A stretch of DNA of 64,000 nt, taken from positions 2,473-66,472 of the forward strand of contig JAZAOF010000007.1 of assembly GCA_036228265.1 (NCBI GenBank), given 5' to 3'. Below the pieces are notes generated by a model, which was not told where the DNA came from, searched no databases, and worked only from the letters and a program-made list of their open reading frames with translations. Position numbers and translations under genes: made by a program. Below are positions 45,583-55,586 of the stretch, in pieces. Origin of the DNA: Myxococcota bacterium. Its GTDB lineage: Bacteria > Myxococcota_A > UBA9160 > UBA4427. Numbering within the stretch: the first letter of the stretch is position 1; the number at the start of each line of letters is the position of its first letter.

Positions 45583-46544
45583 AAGTTGAAGTGCTCGCCG
45601 ACCGCGCGCTCGGAAACGTCCCACAGCTTTCGCGCGGTGTCCGGATTGATGGCCCAGGGGGCGTAGCCCTCGGCCTCCTCTTCGGATTCCCTCTTCGCCG
45701 CCACCTGGCAATCTTCCAGGTAGAGCCCTCCTGCTCCCTCGAGTTCAGGGGCCACGCAGGCCCATACCGAAGTCGCCGCCCCCGCCTCCACGCTCTTCCA
45801 GACCATCTCGCTTCGGTCCGGACGGCGGGCCATCAGTTCCTTGATATCGGCCTCGTCGAGATGGCGACCCAGTTCGGTGAGGATCATCCCCGGGTGAACG
45901 GCGTTCGCCGTAACGCCGTGATCGGCCAGGCGGCGGTTGAGCTCGACCGAAAAAAGAATATTCGCGGTCTTCGACTGTCCGTAGGACTCCCACTTGTCGT
46001 AAGGGCGGTTCTCGTAGTGGAGGTCCTCCAGGACGACGTCCGACATCCTGTGGCCGGCCGAACTCAGGTTGACGATGCGCGACGGGGCCGACTTCCGTAG
46101 CGCGGGCACGAGGAGGCCCGTAAAAAGAAAATGTCCGAAGTGATTGGTGGCCATCTGGAGTTCGTATCCTTCGGACGTACGCTCGAGCGGGCAGGCCATG
46201 ATCCCCGCGTTGTTCACCAACCAATGCAGCTTTTCATGCTCGCCAAGCCAACGTTCGGCCGCCGCCCGGATGCTGGCAGTGCGGGTCAACTCCAGTTCGA
46301 GCACATCGACCCGCGGGTTCCCGGTGCTGGAACGAATCTCCTCGGCCACGCCTTCGGCCTTTGCAACATCCCGGGCGGACAGGGTCACGCTGGCTCCACG
46401 GGCGGCAAGGGCTCGGGCTGTTTCCGCACCCAGCCCCCCGGAGGCCCCGGTGACGAGAGCGACACGCCCCTCGAGGTCGAGCCCCTGGGTCACCTGCTCC
46501 GTGGTCGTCTCCGCTCCATGCGCATTCCGCTCTCTCGAACTCAT
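45579..46544 (-). CDS. SDR family oxidoreductase (retinol-dehydrogenase/WWOX-like)
   Basis: 'VALVTGASGGLGAETARALA', 'LVNNAGIM', 'NLSSAGH' and 'YGQSKTANILF' (YxxxK). Confidence 0.85.
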   Translation of the reverse strand: MSSRERNAHGAETTTEQVTQGLDLEGRVALVTGASGGLGAETARALAARGASVTLSARDVAKAEGVAEEIRSSTGNPRVDVLELELTRTASIRAAAERWLGEHEKLHWLVNNAGIMACPLERTSEGYELQMATNHFGHFLFTGLLVPALRKSAPSRIVNLSSAGHRMSDVVLEDLHYENRPYDKWESYGQSKTANILFSVELNRRLADHGVTANAVHPGMILTELGRHLDEADIKELMARRPDRSEMVWKSVEAGAATSVWACVAPELEGAGGLYLEDCQVAAKRESEEEAEGYAPWAINPDTARKLWDVSERAVGEHFNF

Positions 46545-46655
46545 CGATTCCCCTTCGCCACTTCGCTGGGCACCCCGCCCGCGGTCGGAAGTATGGCATA
46601 CGGGGGAACCCACCCGTAGGACCCCGCGCTGATCCGAAGCGGAGAACTCCGCCGC

Positions 46656-47939
46656 TCAGGCGAAGTCCGAGAGGGGGCTCATTTCGGGAGAATCGGTCGA
46701 AGTCTCCCCCGTTTCTGCGGTCAGGCGATCGTACCCGTCCAGGAGAGCGGCCCCCAGGCGCGCGATCCGAATCTCGCCAAAAGGCGTCGTTAAACCGCTG
46801 TTGGCCACGAAAGCCATCGAAAGGCGGCGGGTGGGATCGGCCCACGCCCCAGACCCCCCGAAGCCAAAGTGCCCAAACGCACCGGGAATCCTTCCATATG
46901 TAGTAAACGCCGCGTGGTAACCCAGGCGCCAACCCAGATCGATGGGAAGCACCTCGTGGTTGCCCGTCGCCGGCTGAACCTCGGTGGCCTCCCGGAGCGT
47001 CTCCGACGAGATCAGACGAACACCGTCGAGAGATCCCCCTTCGGCGAGAGCGGCGTACATCCGCGCCAGCGAACGCGCGTCGAAGATCCCGTTGGCCGAG
47101 GGAATCGGCACCGCGAGGGTCTCTGCCGAGTCGAACTCGAAGTCCTCCATGCCCGCAGGCACGAGCGCGTCGCGAAGACTGTTCAATGCGACCTGGCCCC
47201 CAACAAAGTCCACGAAAGGCTGGGCGTAGTCGAGGGCAGTCGAGAAAGCCCCCGCGATCGTCCGCGTGAAGCTTCCCACGACCCCGGACCCGAGCGGGCC
47301 ACGCATTGGCCAGACGAGGTCCGCGGCGCGGGCGATGGCTTCGGGCGGTGCCCCGCAGTAGAAACCCTCGAGGCCCAGCGGACGGGCAATCTCCTCTCGA
47401 ACGAGTACCGGAAAAGGAGTATCGGTCACGCGCTGCAGAAGTTCCCCCACGATGAAGCCGTAGGTCAGGCCGTGGTAGCCCGTGCGCTGTCCCGGCTCAT
47501 GAACCGGCTCCGCGTTCTCAATCGCACGAACCATGAAATCCCAATCGCGCATACGTGATGCGTCGTCGACCATCCGACGAATGGCATAGAGACCCGCCTG
47601 GTGACAAAGAACCTGGCGAACCGTGATTCGGCTCTTCCCCGACCGACCAAACTCCGGCCAGTAGCGGGCGACCGGCGCATCGTATTCGAGTTGGCCACGA
47701 TCGACCGCGATGTGGACCAGCGTGGAAGCCACCCCCTTGGTCGCCGAGAAGACCGGGGACAGGGTGTCGCGCTGCCAGGGGCGCCCCTCGCCGTCCCGGC
47801 TTCCTCCCCAGATATCAACGACCGGGCGTCCCCGGAAATAGACGCAGAGCCCTGCTCCGCCCGCGTTCGCATCCACTTCTCGCACGAAGCGATTCCCCAA
47901 GGAGGCAAACGCGGGATGCAGGTAGCCGTCGAGATTCAT
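46656..47939 (-). CDS. Serine hydrolase, beta-lactamase class C / esterase family
   Basis: 'VFSATKGVAS' (SxxK), 'YHGLTYG' (Y-x-N-like) and 'FGHFGFGGS' (KTG-equivalent region). Confidence 0.85.
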   Translation of the reverse strand: MNLDGYLHPAFASLGNRFVREVDANAGGAGLCVYFRGRPVVDIWGGSRDGEGRPWQRDTLSPVFSATKGVASTLVHIAVDRGQLEYDAPVARYWPEFGRSGKSRITVRQVLCHQAGLYAIRRMVDDASRMRDWDFMVRAIENAEPVHEPGQRTGYHGLTYGFIVGELLQRVTDTPFPVLVREEIARPLGLEGFYCGAPPEAIARAADLVWPMRGPLGSGVVGSFTRTIAGAFSTALDYAQPFVDFVGGQVALNSLRDALVPAGMEDFEFDSAETLAVPIPSANGIFDARSLARMYAALAEGGSLDGVRLISSETLREATEVQPATGNHEVLPIDLGWRLGYHAAFTTYGRIPGAFGHFGFGGSGAWADPTRRLSMAFVANSGLTTPFGEIRIARLGAALLDGYDRLTAETGETSTDSPEMSPLSDFA

Positions 47940-47990
47940 CGTACCCCCCCAAAAAACCTGTCCGACACCCCGAACGCAACAGGCGGAGTT

Positions 47991-50900
47991 TTACGGTGCC
48001 GAAACGCCCGCGGTCGCCGCCTCCAACTCGGTCTCGAAGGGCACGAGGACTACGGGCTCCAAGCGAATATCGCCACCGGTATAAACCAGGTCCGGAACGC
48101 TGGGCGCGACCGGGATCACTGGTATGTCCGTCGAGAGGGTAAGACCCGCACCCGAGAAGCTCCCCGGGGCGGACGGCGCGGGAGGAGAGACCAATTCGGG
48201 AAGATCCAGCACCTCAACCGGCGGCAGCGCCGCGGCGGAAACCACCGACGGGCGCCCCTCCACCAGGTAGCGAACGTCGACACTTCCGACGCAGGCGTCA
48301 CCCAGCTTTCGCTCCAGGCGATCCAGTCCCTTCCGGAGGCGACTGTCGCAGCGATCCACCTGCCTCGTCACATTGCGTCCAGCCCGCTGTTTTCTCGCGG
48401 CGCTGCGCCGACACGTGTCGTGGCGCCCGACGACACGAGCCAGTGCGGAAGAGCAAGCCGGGCTCGTTTCAACCGACTCCCCTGCGTCCACGCCAGTTGC
48501 CGCCAGGCTCGACGCAACCGACTCGGCCACCTCGGTCTTGAGACCCGCGGTATCCGGGCAGAAGTCGCTGCGGCTCGTGGCACGCGCCACGTCCCAATCC
48601 AGGCGATCGTTGCAAGACGAATAATCCGGTGAACTGTCGGCTCTCATCGCATCTCGCGCCCGAACGAAATGACACGAAATCGCACGATCGGCAGCCCTCT
48701 CCAGGGAGGACGCGCAGCGCCTTTCCGAGCGGGTCCGCTGCGGGTCCAACGCCTCATTGGGATCGTCGGGATAGTGATCCAGGCTGTTCAGGATCCGGTC
48801 TCCGTCGCGATCGGCATCACAGGCATCCCCGCGCAAGTCACCGTCCTGATCCTCCTGGGTCGCATTGGAAACCTGGGGGCAATTGTCCGCGTTTCCGACG
48901 ACGCCATCGCCGTCGGGATCGTTGGCCGGGTCGTTTTCGGGGTCGTTGGGATAGGTGTCGCTGTTGTCCCCGATGCCGTCGCCGTCGGTATCGGTGTCCT
49001 CGGTATCGTCATTCGGGAAGGCATCGGTCTCGTTCCGCGTGCCGTCCCCGTCCCGATCGTCGTCGCAGGCGTCGCCCAGGGGGTCGCCGTCCATGTTCAA
49101 CTGGTCGGCATTGGGCGTTTCGGAGCAGTTGTCGACATCCCCGCAGACGCCGTCTCCATCGACGTCATTTCTCGCATCGTGGGGACACGGGTCGAGGTTG
49201 TCGAAGACTCCGTCGTCATCGCTGTCCGCTTCCGGCGGCTCCTCGCTCACGAAGTACGACCCGAGCATGATGAACATCTCGTCCTCGGTGGTAACCCCCC
49301 CTTGGACCGGGCAGGCATCGCAGCGGGCACCCGAAAAGCCATCCACCTGGCAGAAGGCGTCGCTCTTCTGCCACACGACTTCACTGCCGAAGTCCACCGG
49401 CTGGGCACATCTCGCACCCTTGTTGGGTCCGCTGTCGCAGGCCACGACCTCGTTACTGCAGGGCCCCCCCGGAACGAGGCTTCGGAAAAAGGCGGGCGCG
49501 TAGGGCGAAGTCGACTGCCGCTTGATCGGTGGACTCCCGGGACCTACCCCGTTGTCATACTTGCTACAGAAGATGAAGGTGCGCTCTTCTTCCGTCGTGT
49601 CCTGGTAGGAAAGCATCGGGTGCAGCTTCAGATTGATCGGATCGCTGTACTCGGTGCTGACATAGATCAACTGGTCTTGATTTCCGGGCTCGCACTCCGT
49701 GTCGGGACGTTCGTTGTTTCTTACACCACTGCGGTTTCCAAGACAGGGTTGGTTCGGCGGTTCATAGATCGTGAACTCGACTCCGAAGCGATGCGTGTGC
49801 GAATTGATCCGGTAGACATTGGCGTCCTGGGGGGCCGTCCAACTCGCGCAGATCGTTTGCGTTTCGCCCGGGGGAACATCCTGCGCGAAAATGTCGTGCG
49901 CATCGAAGATCGCCTGCTGCTGGTGGTCGCGTTTATCCTCGGGAGCAAAGTGAATATTGAGCCACTGCTCCATGGTCGTCCAGTAATTCGTCAAGTTGAA
50001 CGCGTGGCTGTTCCAGACGATGACTCCCTGCATCGGCAGGACCGAGTAGACGCCCGTCGGAAAATAGTTCACGTAGTAGGATTCCTGGGACCCGCTGAAC
50101 GAGGGAAAGGTGGATCCCTGCAAGTTGACACCGCCGGCCACCAGGTCGCTCGGGCCGTAGTTGGCGACACACGCCACGGATGACACCACTTCCCCGGCGC
50201 AGTTGTCGTGGGCCCCGGGCAAGAATCCGGCTGAAGTGTCCGTCGGGTCGCAGGCGTCTCCCTTTTCGTAGTGACTGACATCCGGGATAAAGGATCCTGG
50301 GACCGGGGTCACAATCATGGTCGGCTTCTTGTAGGTAAAATCGCCGAAACCGCGGTTGTTCGGCGATAGGTCCTCGACTTCGTAGTCGCCGGTGTAGAGA
50401 TGGATGATGCTGTGATGCGATTGCGCATCCTGCTTCAAGACCTCCCGGTTGTAGTAGAAGCACTTTTCGGAGGGATTGTTTGGCCCGAAAACTCCGGAAC
50501 AATCGACCTGCATCTCGGGAGGCACCACGCCGTTCTCGGTGAGGTCGTAGTAGGTTGCGACGCAGATCTCGTCCTCGCTATTGGGAGGAAGATCCCAGGG
50601 TGGCATCACGAACTGAACCCCCTTCCCGCGCCGGGGGGTGGGAAGCGGCGTCGACTTGAGAGGGGTGGGATCCGGCAGGCAGGCGGAGAACAGCTCGGCC
50701 GTTTCGTCGACGATCACCGCGTTGCCATTGGAATCGTTCTCGTCCGGGGCCCCCGCAAGGACCCATTTCTCCATGGCTGCGTACAGGTCTTCGGAAAGCC
50801 CTCCGGGCGGCATCGGGCCACCGTGCCCCGAAGGCAGCGGCGTTCCGTGGGCCGCGGCCTTGAGCTTGTCCATGAGGTAGCTGTCCCGGACTTCGTGGGG

Positions 50901-51824
50901 AAACACGTAGACCCCGTCGTGAAAAAAGTTGTTGGACTCGACGTTGACGAGGTTTCGGTGGATGTTCTCAGGCCGGAGATCGAGCCCTCCTGCGGCCCCA
51001 CCCGGCTGGCGATCGTCGTGGCAGGACTGGCATCCGTCAAAGACGAGCCCCTTGATCGCTCCGAAAGTACTGCCGAACTGTGGCTGGCCGGCGCAGACGA
51101 GTTCTTCGCACGTGTCGCTGCACGTGTCCGCTTCGTCGAGGTTTCCGTCGTCACACGCCTCGCCGAGTTCACGAAGCCCATTGCCGCAGATCGGCTCAGG
51201 ACAATCCGCAGTCGCCGAAGCGTCCACCGCCCGGTAGTGCCCCGGCTGCTGAATGTCGACAGCCGGGCTGGTTTGATCCGAAGCGAGAGCGCAATACCAC
51301 TCGTCCTGGAGCTTGAAGTGCACCCAGAGTCCGTCGAGCACTCCTTCGGGTGCCCAGGCCCAGTTCTCGCCCCCGGCTTCCATGGCAATCCCACCGGACC
51401 GCAACTCGACCGACTTCACTCCGCCGCGGCTCCCGGTCGGATCGCTGTACTGGTAGGACGAACCTCCTTCGCCGACGACGGCCGACCACATCGAAGGATC
51501 GAGTTCGATCCTCTCGGTGCGCCCCGAACTGGAGTTCACGCCGCGCACGAGGAGGGCGCTCGTATCATTCCTTGGGTCGTGCCCACCGGCCAGGACGTTT
51601 TGCCCCGAGGTCTCAAAGCGGAACAAGCGATCGGCCGGGGCGCCCGCCGTCCTGAGTTCGACCATGTCCAATTGAACCGGGTCGTTCGTCTCGTGGCCGA
51701 CGGCCGGCAACGAGGCGGCCAGCACCAGAACCACTAGGGAAAGTCGGGTGCGCAGCCGTTGAAGAAGTCTCTCGGATCTTTTCCGAGCATTCTTCGGCAT
51801 CTTCATCTCGTCCAACGGCTCCAT
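47991..51824 (-). CDS. Large secreted multidomain protein: Cys-rich repeat, CxxCH haem-c-like module, PHM/DBH-like copper-monooxygenase-like core, thrombospondin type-3 repeats, Cys-containing C-terminal region
   Basis: Signal peptide (start may be ATG 51824, 51806 or 51800). 'CGNGLRELGEACDDGN..DTCSDTCE'. 'CQSCHDDRQPGGAAGGLDL' at 51018-51032. 'HH' at 50412-50417, 'HTH' at 49791-49799 and 'EDEMF' Met at 49275-49277. D-x-D-x-D-G repeats at 48756-49223. Confidence 0.85.
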   Translation of the reverse strand: MEPLDEMKMPKNARKRSERLLQRLRTRLSLVVLVLAASLPAVGHETNDPVQLDMVELRTAGAPADRLFRFETSGQNVLAGGHDPRNDTSALLVRGVNSSSGRTERIELDPSMWSAVVGEGGSSYQYSDPTGSRGGVKSVELRSGGIAMEAGGENWAWAPEGVLDGLWVHFKLQDEWYCALASDQTSPAVDIQQPGHYRAVDASATADCPEPICGNGLRELGEACDDGNLDEADTCSDTCEELVCAGQPQFGSTFGAIKGLVFDGCQSCHDDRQPGGAAGGLDLRPENIHRNLVNVESNNFFHDGVYVFPHEVRDSYLMDKLKAAAHGTPLPSGHGGPMPPGGLSEDLYAAMEKWVLAGAPDENDSNGNAVIVDETAELFSACLPDPTPLKSTPLPTPRRGKGVQFVMPPWDLPPNSEDEICVATYYDLTENGVVPPEMQVDCSGVFGPNNPSEKCFYYNREVLKQDAQSHHSIIHLYTGDYEVEDLSPNNRGFGDFTYKKPTMIVTPVPGSFIPDVSHYEKGDACDPTDTSAGFLPGAHDNCAGEVVSSVACVANYGPSDLVAGGVNLQGSTFPSFSGSQESYYVNYFPTGVYSVLPMQGVIVWNSHAFNLTNYWTTMEQWLNIHFAPEDKRDHQQQAIFDAHDIFAQDVPPGETQTICASWTAPQDANVYRINSHTHRFGVEFTIYEPPNQPCLGNRSGVRNNERPDTECEPGNQDQLIYVSTEYSDPINLKLHPMLSYQDTTEEERTFIFCSKYDNGVGPGSPPIKRQSTSPYAPAFFRSLVPGGPCSNEVVACDSGPNKGARCAQPVDFGSEVVWQKSDAFCQVDGFSGARCDACPVQGGVTTEDEMFIMLGSYFVSEEPPEADSDDDGVFDNLDPCPHDARNDVDGDGVCGDVDNCSETPNADQLNMDGDPLGDACDDDRDGDGTRNETDAFPNDDTEDTDTDGDGIGDNSDTYPNDPENDPANDPDGDGVVGNADNCPQVSNATQEDQDGDLRGDACDADRDGDRILNSLDHYPDDPNEALDPQRTRSERRCASSLERAADRAISCHFVRARDAMRADSSPDYSSCNDRLDWDVARATSRSDFCPDTAGLKTEVAESVASSLAATGVDAGESVETSPACSSALARVVGRHDTCRRSAARKQRAGRNVTRQVDRCDSRLRKGLDRLERKLGDACVGSVDVRYLVEGRPSVVSAAALPPVEVLDLPELVSPPAPSAPGSFSGAGLTLSTDIPVIPVAPSVPDLVYTGGDIRLEPVVLVPFETELEAATAGVSAP

Positions 51825-52027
51825 TCAGCTCGGCCTTCCAAAATCGATTCCGAGTCTCGTCCCCCGGCGCGTAGAGGCTCTCGACTGTCGGTGGGGTCAA
51901 TCGGTGAAGGTAACCGATCAAGGCTACAGAGCCGCATCCGGCGCGCGAAGTTCCGCCCGGGGGACACCGCCTTCTCGCACGCGAACGCGTGGCCCCGATG
52001 AGCCCGAAAGCTCCCCCGGGGGAGGAC

Positions 52028-52414
52028 TCAGTCGCCCGATTCCGATCCCGTGTACCACCAGGCCCAGAGAAGAAAGAGTGCCTGGAAGGGAAGCCTCACG
52101 TAGTTGAAGACCGGGTCGCCGGTGCCGGGTCCATCGATGCCGACGTTCTCCAGGGCCACGTAGAGGTTCGCCGGAAAAACGGCGATCAGCAGCGCGATGA
52201 TGCCCCACGCCGCGAACGCTCGAACCCGCGGATCGAGCAGGAAGACGCCGAGCACGATCTCGGCCAACCCGGAGATCACGTTCAACCACTCGGGGTTCGG
52301 CAATCCCGGGGGCATGATGGCCACATAGAAGCCGGGATTCATCAAGTGGTTGAAGCCGGCCAGCGCATAGACCACCGCCATGACCCACAAAAGCAGATGC
52401 TTGATCCGACTCAC
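52028..52414 (-). CDS. DoxX-like family membrane protein
   Basis: ~128 aa, four TM segments. 'AGFNHLMNPGFYVAIMPPGLP', 'SGLAEIVLG' and 'IAVFPANLYVA' motifs. GTG start at 52414. The longer ORF-track N-terminus overlaps the divergent LLM gene. Confidence 0.7.
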   Translation of the reverse strand: MSRIKHLLLWVMAVVYALAGFNHLMNPGFYVAIMPPGLPNPEWLNVISGLAEIVLGVFLLDPRVRAFAAWGIIALLIAVFPANLYVALENVGIDGPGTGDPVFNYVRLPFQALFLLWAWWYTGSESGD

Positions 52415-52486
52415 GTCCTTATTGTGACCCCTCGCTGGCGAAAATCCAGCCCCGGGTACTGGTCGAATCCCGATAGACTCCCGAGC

Positions 52487-53464
52487 ATGGAAAAAACCAT
52501 TGTCTACGACATGCGGGCTCCGGCTTTCGGGGCCAGGGCGGGCGATCTCTACGAGGCCGCCCTGGACCAGGTGGCGTGGGCGGACGAAATGGGCTTCGAC
52601 TTCGTCGGGCTCGGCGAACATCACGCCGCCGAGGACGGCTACAACCCCTCCCCTCTTATCCTCGCCAGTGCCATGGCCGCGCGCTCGAAGCGCATTGGGC
52701 TTCGCACCTCGGTTCTGCTCGCCCCCTTCTACGATCCCATCAAGCTCGCCGAAGACGCCGCCGTCACGCAGATTCTCAGCGGCGGTCGCCTCGTTTTGGG
52801 CATCGGTGGAGGGTACCGACCGGCCGAGTTCGCGATGTTCGGGCGCGCCCTGGCGGACCGCTGGAAGACCATCGGCGATGTCTGCCAACTGCTTCGCCTG
52901 GCGTGGACGGGCGAGCCCTTCAAGTGGAAGGGACGCCCCTGTCACGTCACGCCACGACCGGATCCACCGCCTTCGATTCTCCTCGGAGGGAGTTCAGCCG
53001 CCGCGGCGCGCCGGGCTGCGCGTATCGCCGACGGTTGGTTGCCGCCGCTCGAGCCACGACTTTGGAAACCGTACCGCGAGGAATGCGTGCAACTGGGAAA
53101 GCCGGATCCCGGACCCTATCCCAACCAGGGACCCATATTTCTCTGGGTCAGTCGCGACCCCGCCGCCGACTGGGAGTGGCTGCTTCCCCACGTCGCGCAC
53201 CAGATTCGCTCGTACGGCGAGTGGACCGTCGAAGCTTTCGGCGCAGCCGCCGGTCCATTCAAGGGCGAACTCGACCCCGAGGCCATTCGTCGCAATCCCG
53301 CCTATCGGGTGGTCACCCCGGAGGATGCGCTGGCGGTGGCGGAAGAACTGGGACCGAACGGCGTATTCCACCTGAATCCACTGCTCGCTGGAATCGATCC
53401 TTCGCGGGCGCGCCGAATGCTCGACCTCTACGAGAGCGAAGTGGACCCCTACCTCCCCCGATGA
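52487..53464 (+). CDS. LLM-class flavin-dependent oxidoreductase
   Basis: Starts MEKTIVYDM. 'GFDFVGLGEHH', 'RIGLRTSVLLAPFYDP', 'GGRLVLGIGGGYRPAEF' and 'GGSSAAAARRAARIADGW' motifs. Confidence 0.85.
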   Translation: MEKTIVYDMRAPAFGARAGDLYEAALDQVAWADEMGFDFVGLGEHHAAEDGYNPSPLILASAMAARSKRIGLRTSVLLAPFYDPIKLAEDAAVTQILSGGRLVLGIGGGYRPAEFAMFGRALADRWKTIGDVCQLLRLAWTGEPFKWKGRPCHVTPRPDPPPSILLGGSSAAAARRAARIADGWLPPLEPRLWKPYREECVQLGKPDPGPYPNQGPIFLWVSRDPAADWEWLLPHVAHQIRSYGEWTVEAFGAAAGPFKGELDPEAIRRNPAYRVVTPEDALAVAEELGPNGVFHLNPLLAGIDPSRARRMLDLYESEVDPYLPR

Positions 53465-53554
53465 GCGCTCGACCCGGTTCCCTCAGCACCTCACACCACC
53501 CTTTCATCTGTTAGAGTTTTACTGCGCCTTCAATCCACCCCGCCGAGGAATCCC

Positions 53555-54529
53555 ATGACCGAACCTCCCGCCTCCCTCACGGCGCCGCACCATCTCGCCT
53601 ATACCTACAAGCGGTCGCTCGGGCCGGTGCTTGGCGCATTCTTCAACGGCCTGCGGGAGCGACGCATCCTGGGCGTCCGGCGAGCCAATGGCGGAGTCCT
53701 GGTTCCGCCCAAGGAATATGACCCGGAAAGCGGTGAATCCATCGACGAGATGGTCGAAGTGTCGGACGAAGGCACGGTCGCCAGTTGGGCCTGGGTGAAC
53801 GCGCCGCGAGCCCACCAGCCCCTGGACCGCCCGTTCGCCTACGCCCTGATCCTCCTCGACGGAGCGGAAACACCGCTCCTGCACATCATCGACGCCCCCA
53901 ACGAGTCCGACATCAAGACAGGCATGCGCGTTCGAGCACGCTGGGCGGACGAGACCTCGGGCTCCATCCTGGACATCGCCTGCTTCGAAGCCGACGATGG
54001 TTCCAAGCCCCAGCCCAAGCCTGCTGCGAAGGCCGACGGGGGCGATCCCATCGAGATCCTGCGAATTCCCGTCGAACTCGACTACACGTACTCGGCGGGG
54101 CAATCGGCTTCCCGCTTGCTTCGCGGGCTCGCCGAAGGACGCTTGATCGGGCAACGCTGCCCCGTCGATGGAAAGGTCTATTTTCCCTCGCGCGGCTCGT
54201 GCGCCAAGCACGCCGTACCGCTCTCCGGCGACCCCGTCGAACTCACCGACCGCGGCACGCTCGTCACCTTCTCCATCAATCGCGTTCCCTCCGAGAACAT
54301 CAAGCTCGAGCTTCCCTACGCCGCCATCCAGGTGGTACTCGACGGAGCGGACACGACCTTTTTCCACGTCCTGGGGGAATGCAACATCGAAGACGTTCGC
54401 ATGGGGATGCGGGTCCAGGCGGTATGGAAACCGCGAGAGGAATGGGACCAATCCGTCGGAAACATTCTCTACTTCAAGCCCCTGGACGAAGCCGACGCGG
54501 ATTTCGACAGCTACAAGGAGCACATCTGA
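53555..54529 (+). CDS. Tandem DUF35 (Zn-ribbon/OB-fold) domain protein
   Basis: Two repeats of the DUF35 pattern ('..F...L.E.R..G.RC...G....PP...C..........E....G....') at about aa 15-150 and 175-320. The first repeat has no Zn-ribbon Cys residues and the second keeps only two. Confidence 0.8.
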   Translation: MTEPPASLTAPHHLAYTYKRSLGPVLGAFFNGLRERRILGVRRANGGVLVPPKEYDPESGESIDEMVEVSDEGTVASWAWVNAPRAHQPLDRPFAYALILLDGAETPLLHIIDAPNESDIKTGMRVRARWADETSGSILDIACFEADDGSKPQPKPAAKADGGDPIEILRIPVELDYTYSAGQSASRLLRGLAEGRLIGQRCPVDGKVYFPSRGSCAKHAVPLSGDPVELTDRGTLVTFSINRVPSENIKLELPYAAIQVVLDGADTTFFHVLGECNIEDVRMGMRVQAVWKPREEWDQSVGNILYFKPLDEADADFDSYKEHI

Positions 54530-55584
54530 TGCGCGATGTTGCCGTCGTCGGGTTTACGCAATCCAAGGTCTCCCGGCGCGAATTCGACCGAAACGAAACC
54601 GAGATCCTGATGCCCGTGATCCAGGAATTGAAGAAGGAGATGAATCTCGAAAACACCGACATCGACTTCATCTGCTCGGGAAGCAGCGACTACCTGGCGG
54701 GGCAGTCCTTTGCGTTTGTCGCGGGCCTCGACGCGGTCGGTGCCTGGCCCCCGGTTTCCGAATCCCACGTCGAAATGGACGGGGCCTGGGCCCTCTACGA
54801 GGCCTGGGTCAAGATGCAGATGGGCTACGCCGACATCTCGCTCGTGTACGGATTCGGCAAGCCGTCCATGGGGGACCTGCCCCATACCATGGCGCTTCAA
54901 CTCGATCCCTACGCGGTCATGCCGCTCTGGCCGGACGCGGTCAGCATGGCGGCGCTGCAGGCGCGCTTGTGCCTCGACGGAAACGTCTTCGACGAGCGCG
55001 CCATGGCCGACGTCGCCGTCCGAGACCGCTCTCACGCGAAAAACAATCCTTTCGCCCAGGTGTCGGGAGACTTCGAAGCCGACGCACTGCTTGCCGAACC
55101 GTACCTCGTCTCCCCCCTGCGCAAACACGATTGCTCGCCCATCTCCGACGGAGCCTCCGCCATCATCCTGGTCGCCGGAGATCGAGTCGGTGAATTCTGC
55201 GATCGCCCGGCGTGGATCCGGGGGTTCGAACACATCGTGGAGCCGCAAGACCTCGGCGCTCGAGACCTGACACAATCGCGCTCGACCGCCATCGCGGGCG
55301 AGAAGGCCGGTGTCGGGAAGGACAAGGTCGATGTCGCCGAGATCTACGCCCCTTTCTCCCACCAGTCGATCCTGGTCGAACGCGCTCTTGGCGTCGGGCC
55401 CGAAACGACGCTCAACCCTTCGGGCGGAGCGCTTGCTGGAAATCCGATCATGGCCACGGGTTTGTCTCGCATCGGAGAGGCCGCGGCCCAGGTCTGGAAC
55501 GGCACGGCCGACCGCGCTGTCGCCCACGCCACCTCGGGCCCGTGCCTGCAACAGAATCTCGTCTGCGTCCTGGAGGGAAACTAG
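54529..55584 (+). CDS. Thiolase-like (SCP-x/lipid-transfer-protein type) protein
   Basis: TGATG junction with the DUF35 gene. 'MRDVAVVGF', 'CSPISDGASAIIL', 'DVAEIYAPFS' and 'NPSGGALAGNPIMATG' show the thiolase fold. No obvious nucleophile Cys at the expected 'C.SG' position. Confidence 0.85.
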   Translation: MRDVAVVGFTQSKVSRREFDRNETEILMPVIQELKKEMNLENTDIDFICSGSSDYLAGQSFAFVAGLDAVGAWPPVSESHVEMDGAWALYEAWVKMQMGYADISLVYGFGKPSMGDLPHTMALQLDPYAVMPLWPDAVSMAALQARLCLDGNVFDERAMADVAVRDRSHAKNNPFAQVSGDFEADALLAEPYLVSPLRKHDCSPISDGASAIILVAGDRVGEFCDRPAWIRGFEHIVEPQDLGARDLTQSRSTAIAGEKAGVGKDKVDVAEIYAPFSHQSILVERALGVGPETTLNPSGGALAGNPIMATGLSRIGEAAAQVWNGTADRAVAHATSGPCLQQNLVCVLEGN

Positions 55585-55586
55585 TC

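Noticed and set aside
48756-49223. Repetitive DNA (GAC/GAT-rich periodic repeats) that could suggest a tandem-repeat or CRISPR-like array
   Set aside because: The repeats are in frame and encode thrombospondin type-3 D-x-D-x-D-G calcium-binding units within the large secreted protein. There is no spacer/repeat architecture.
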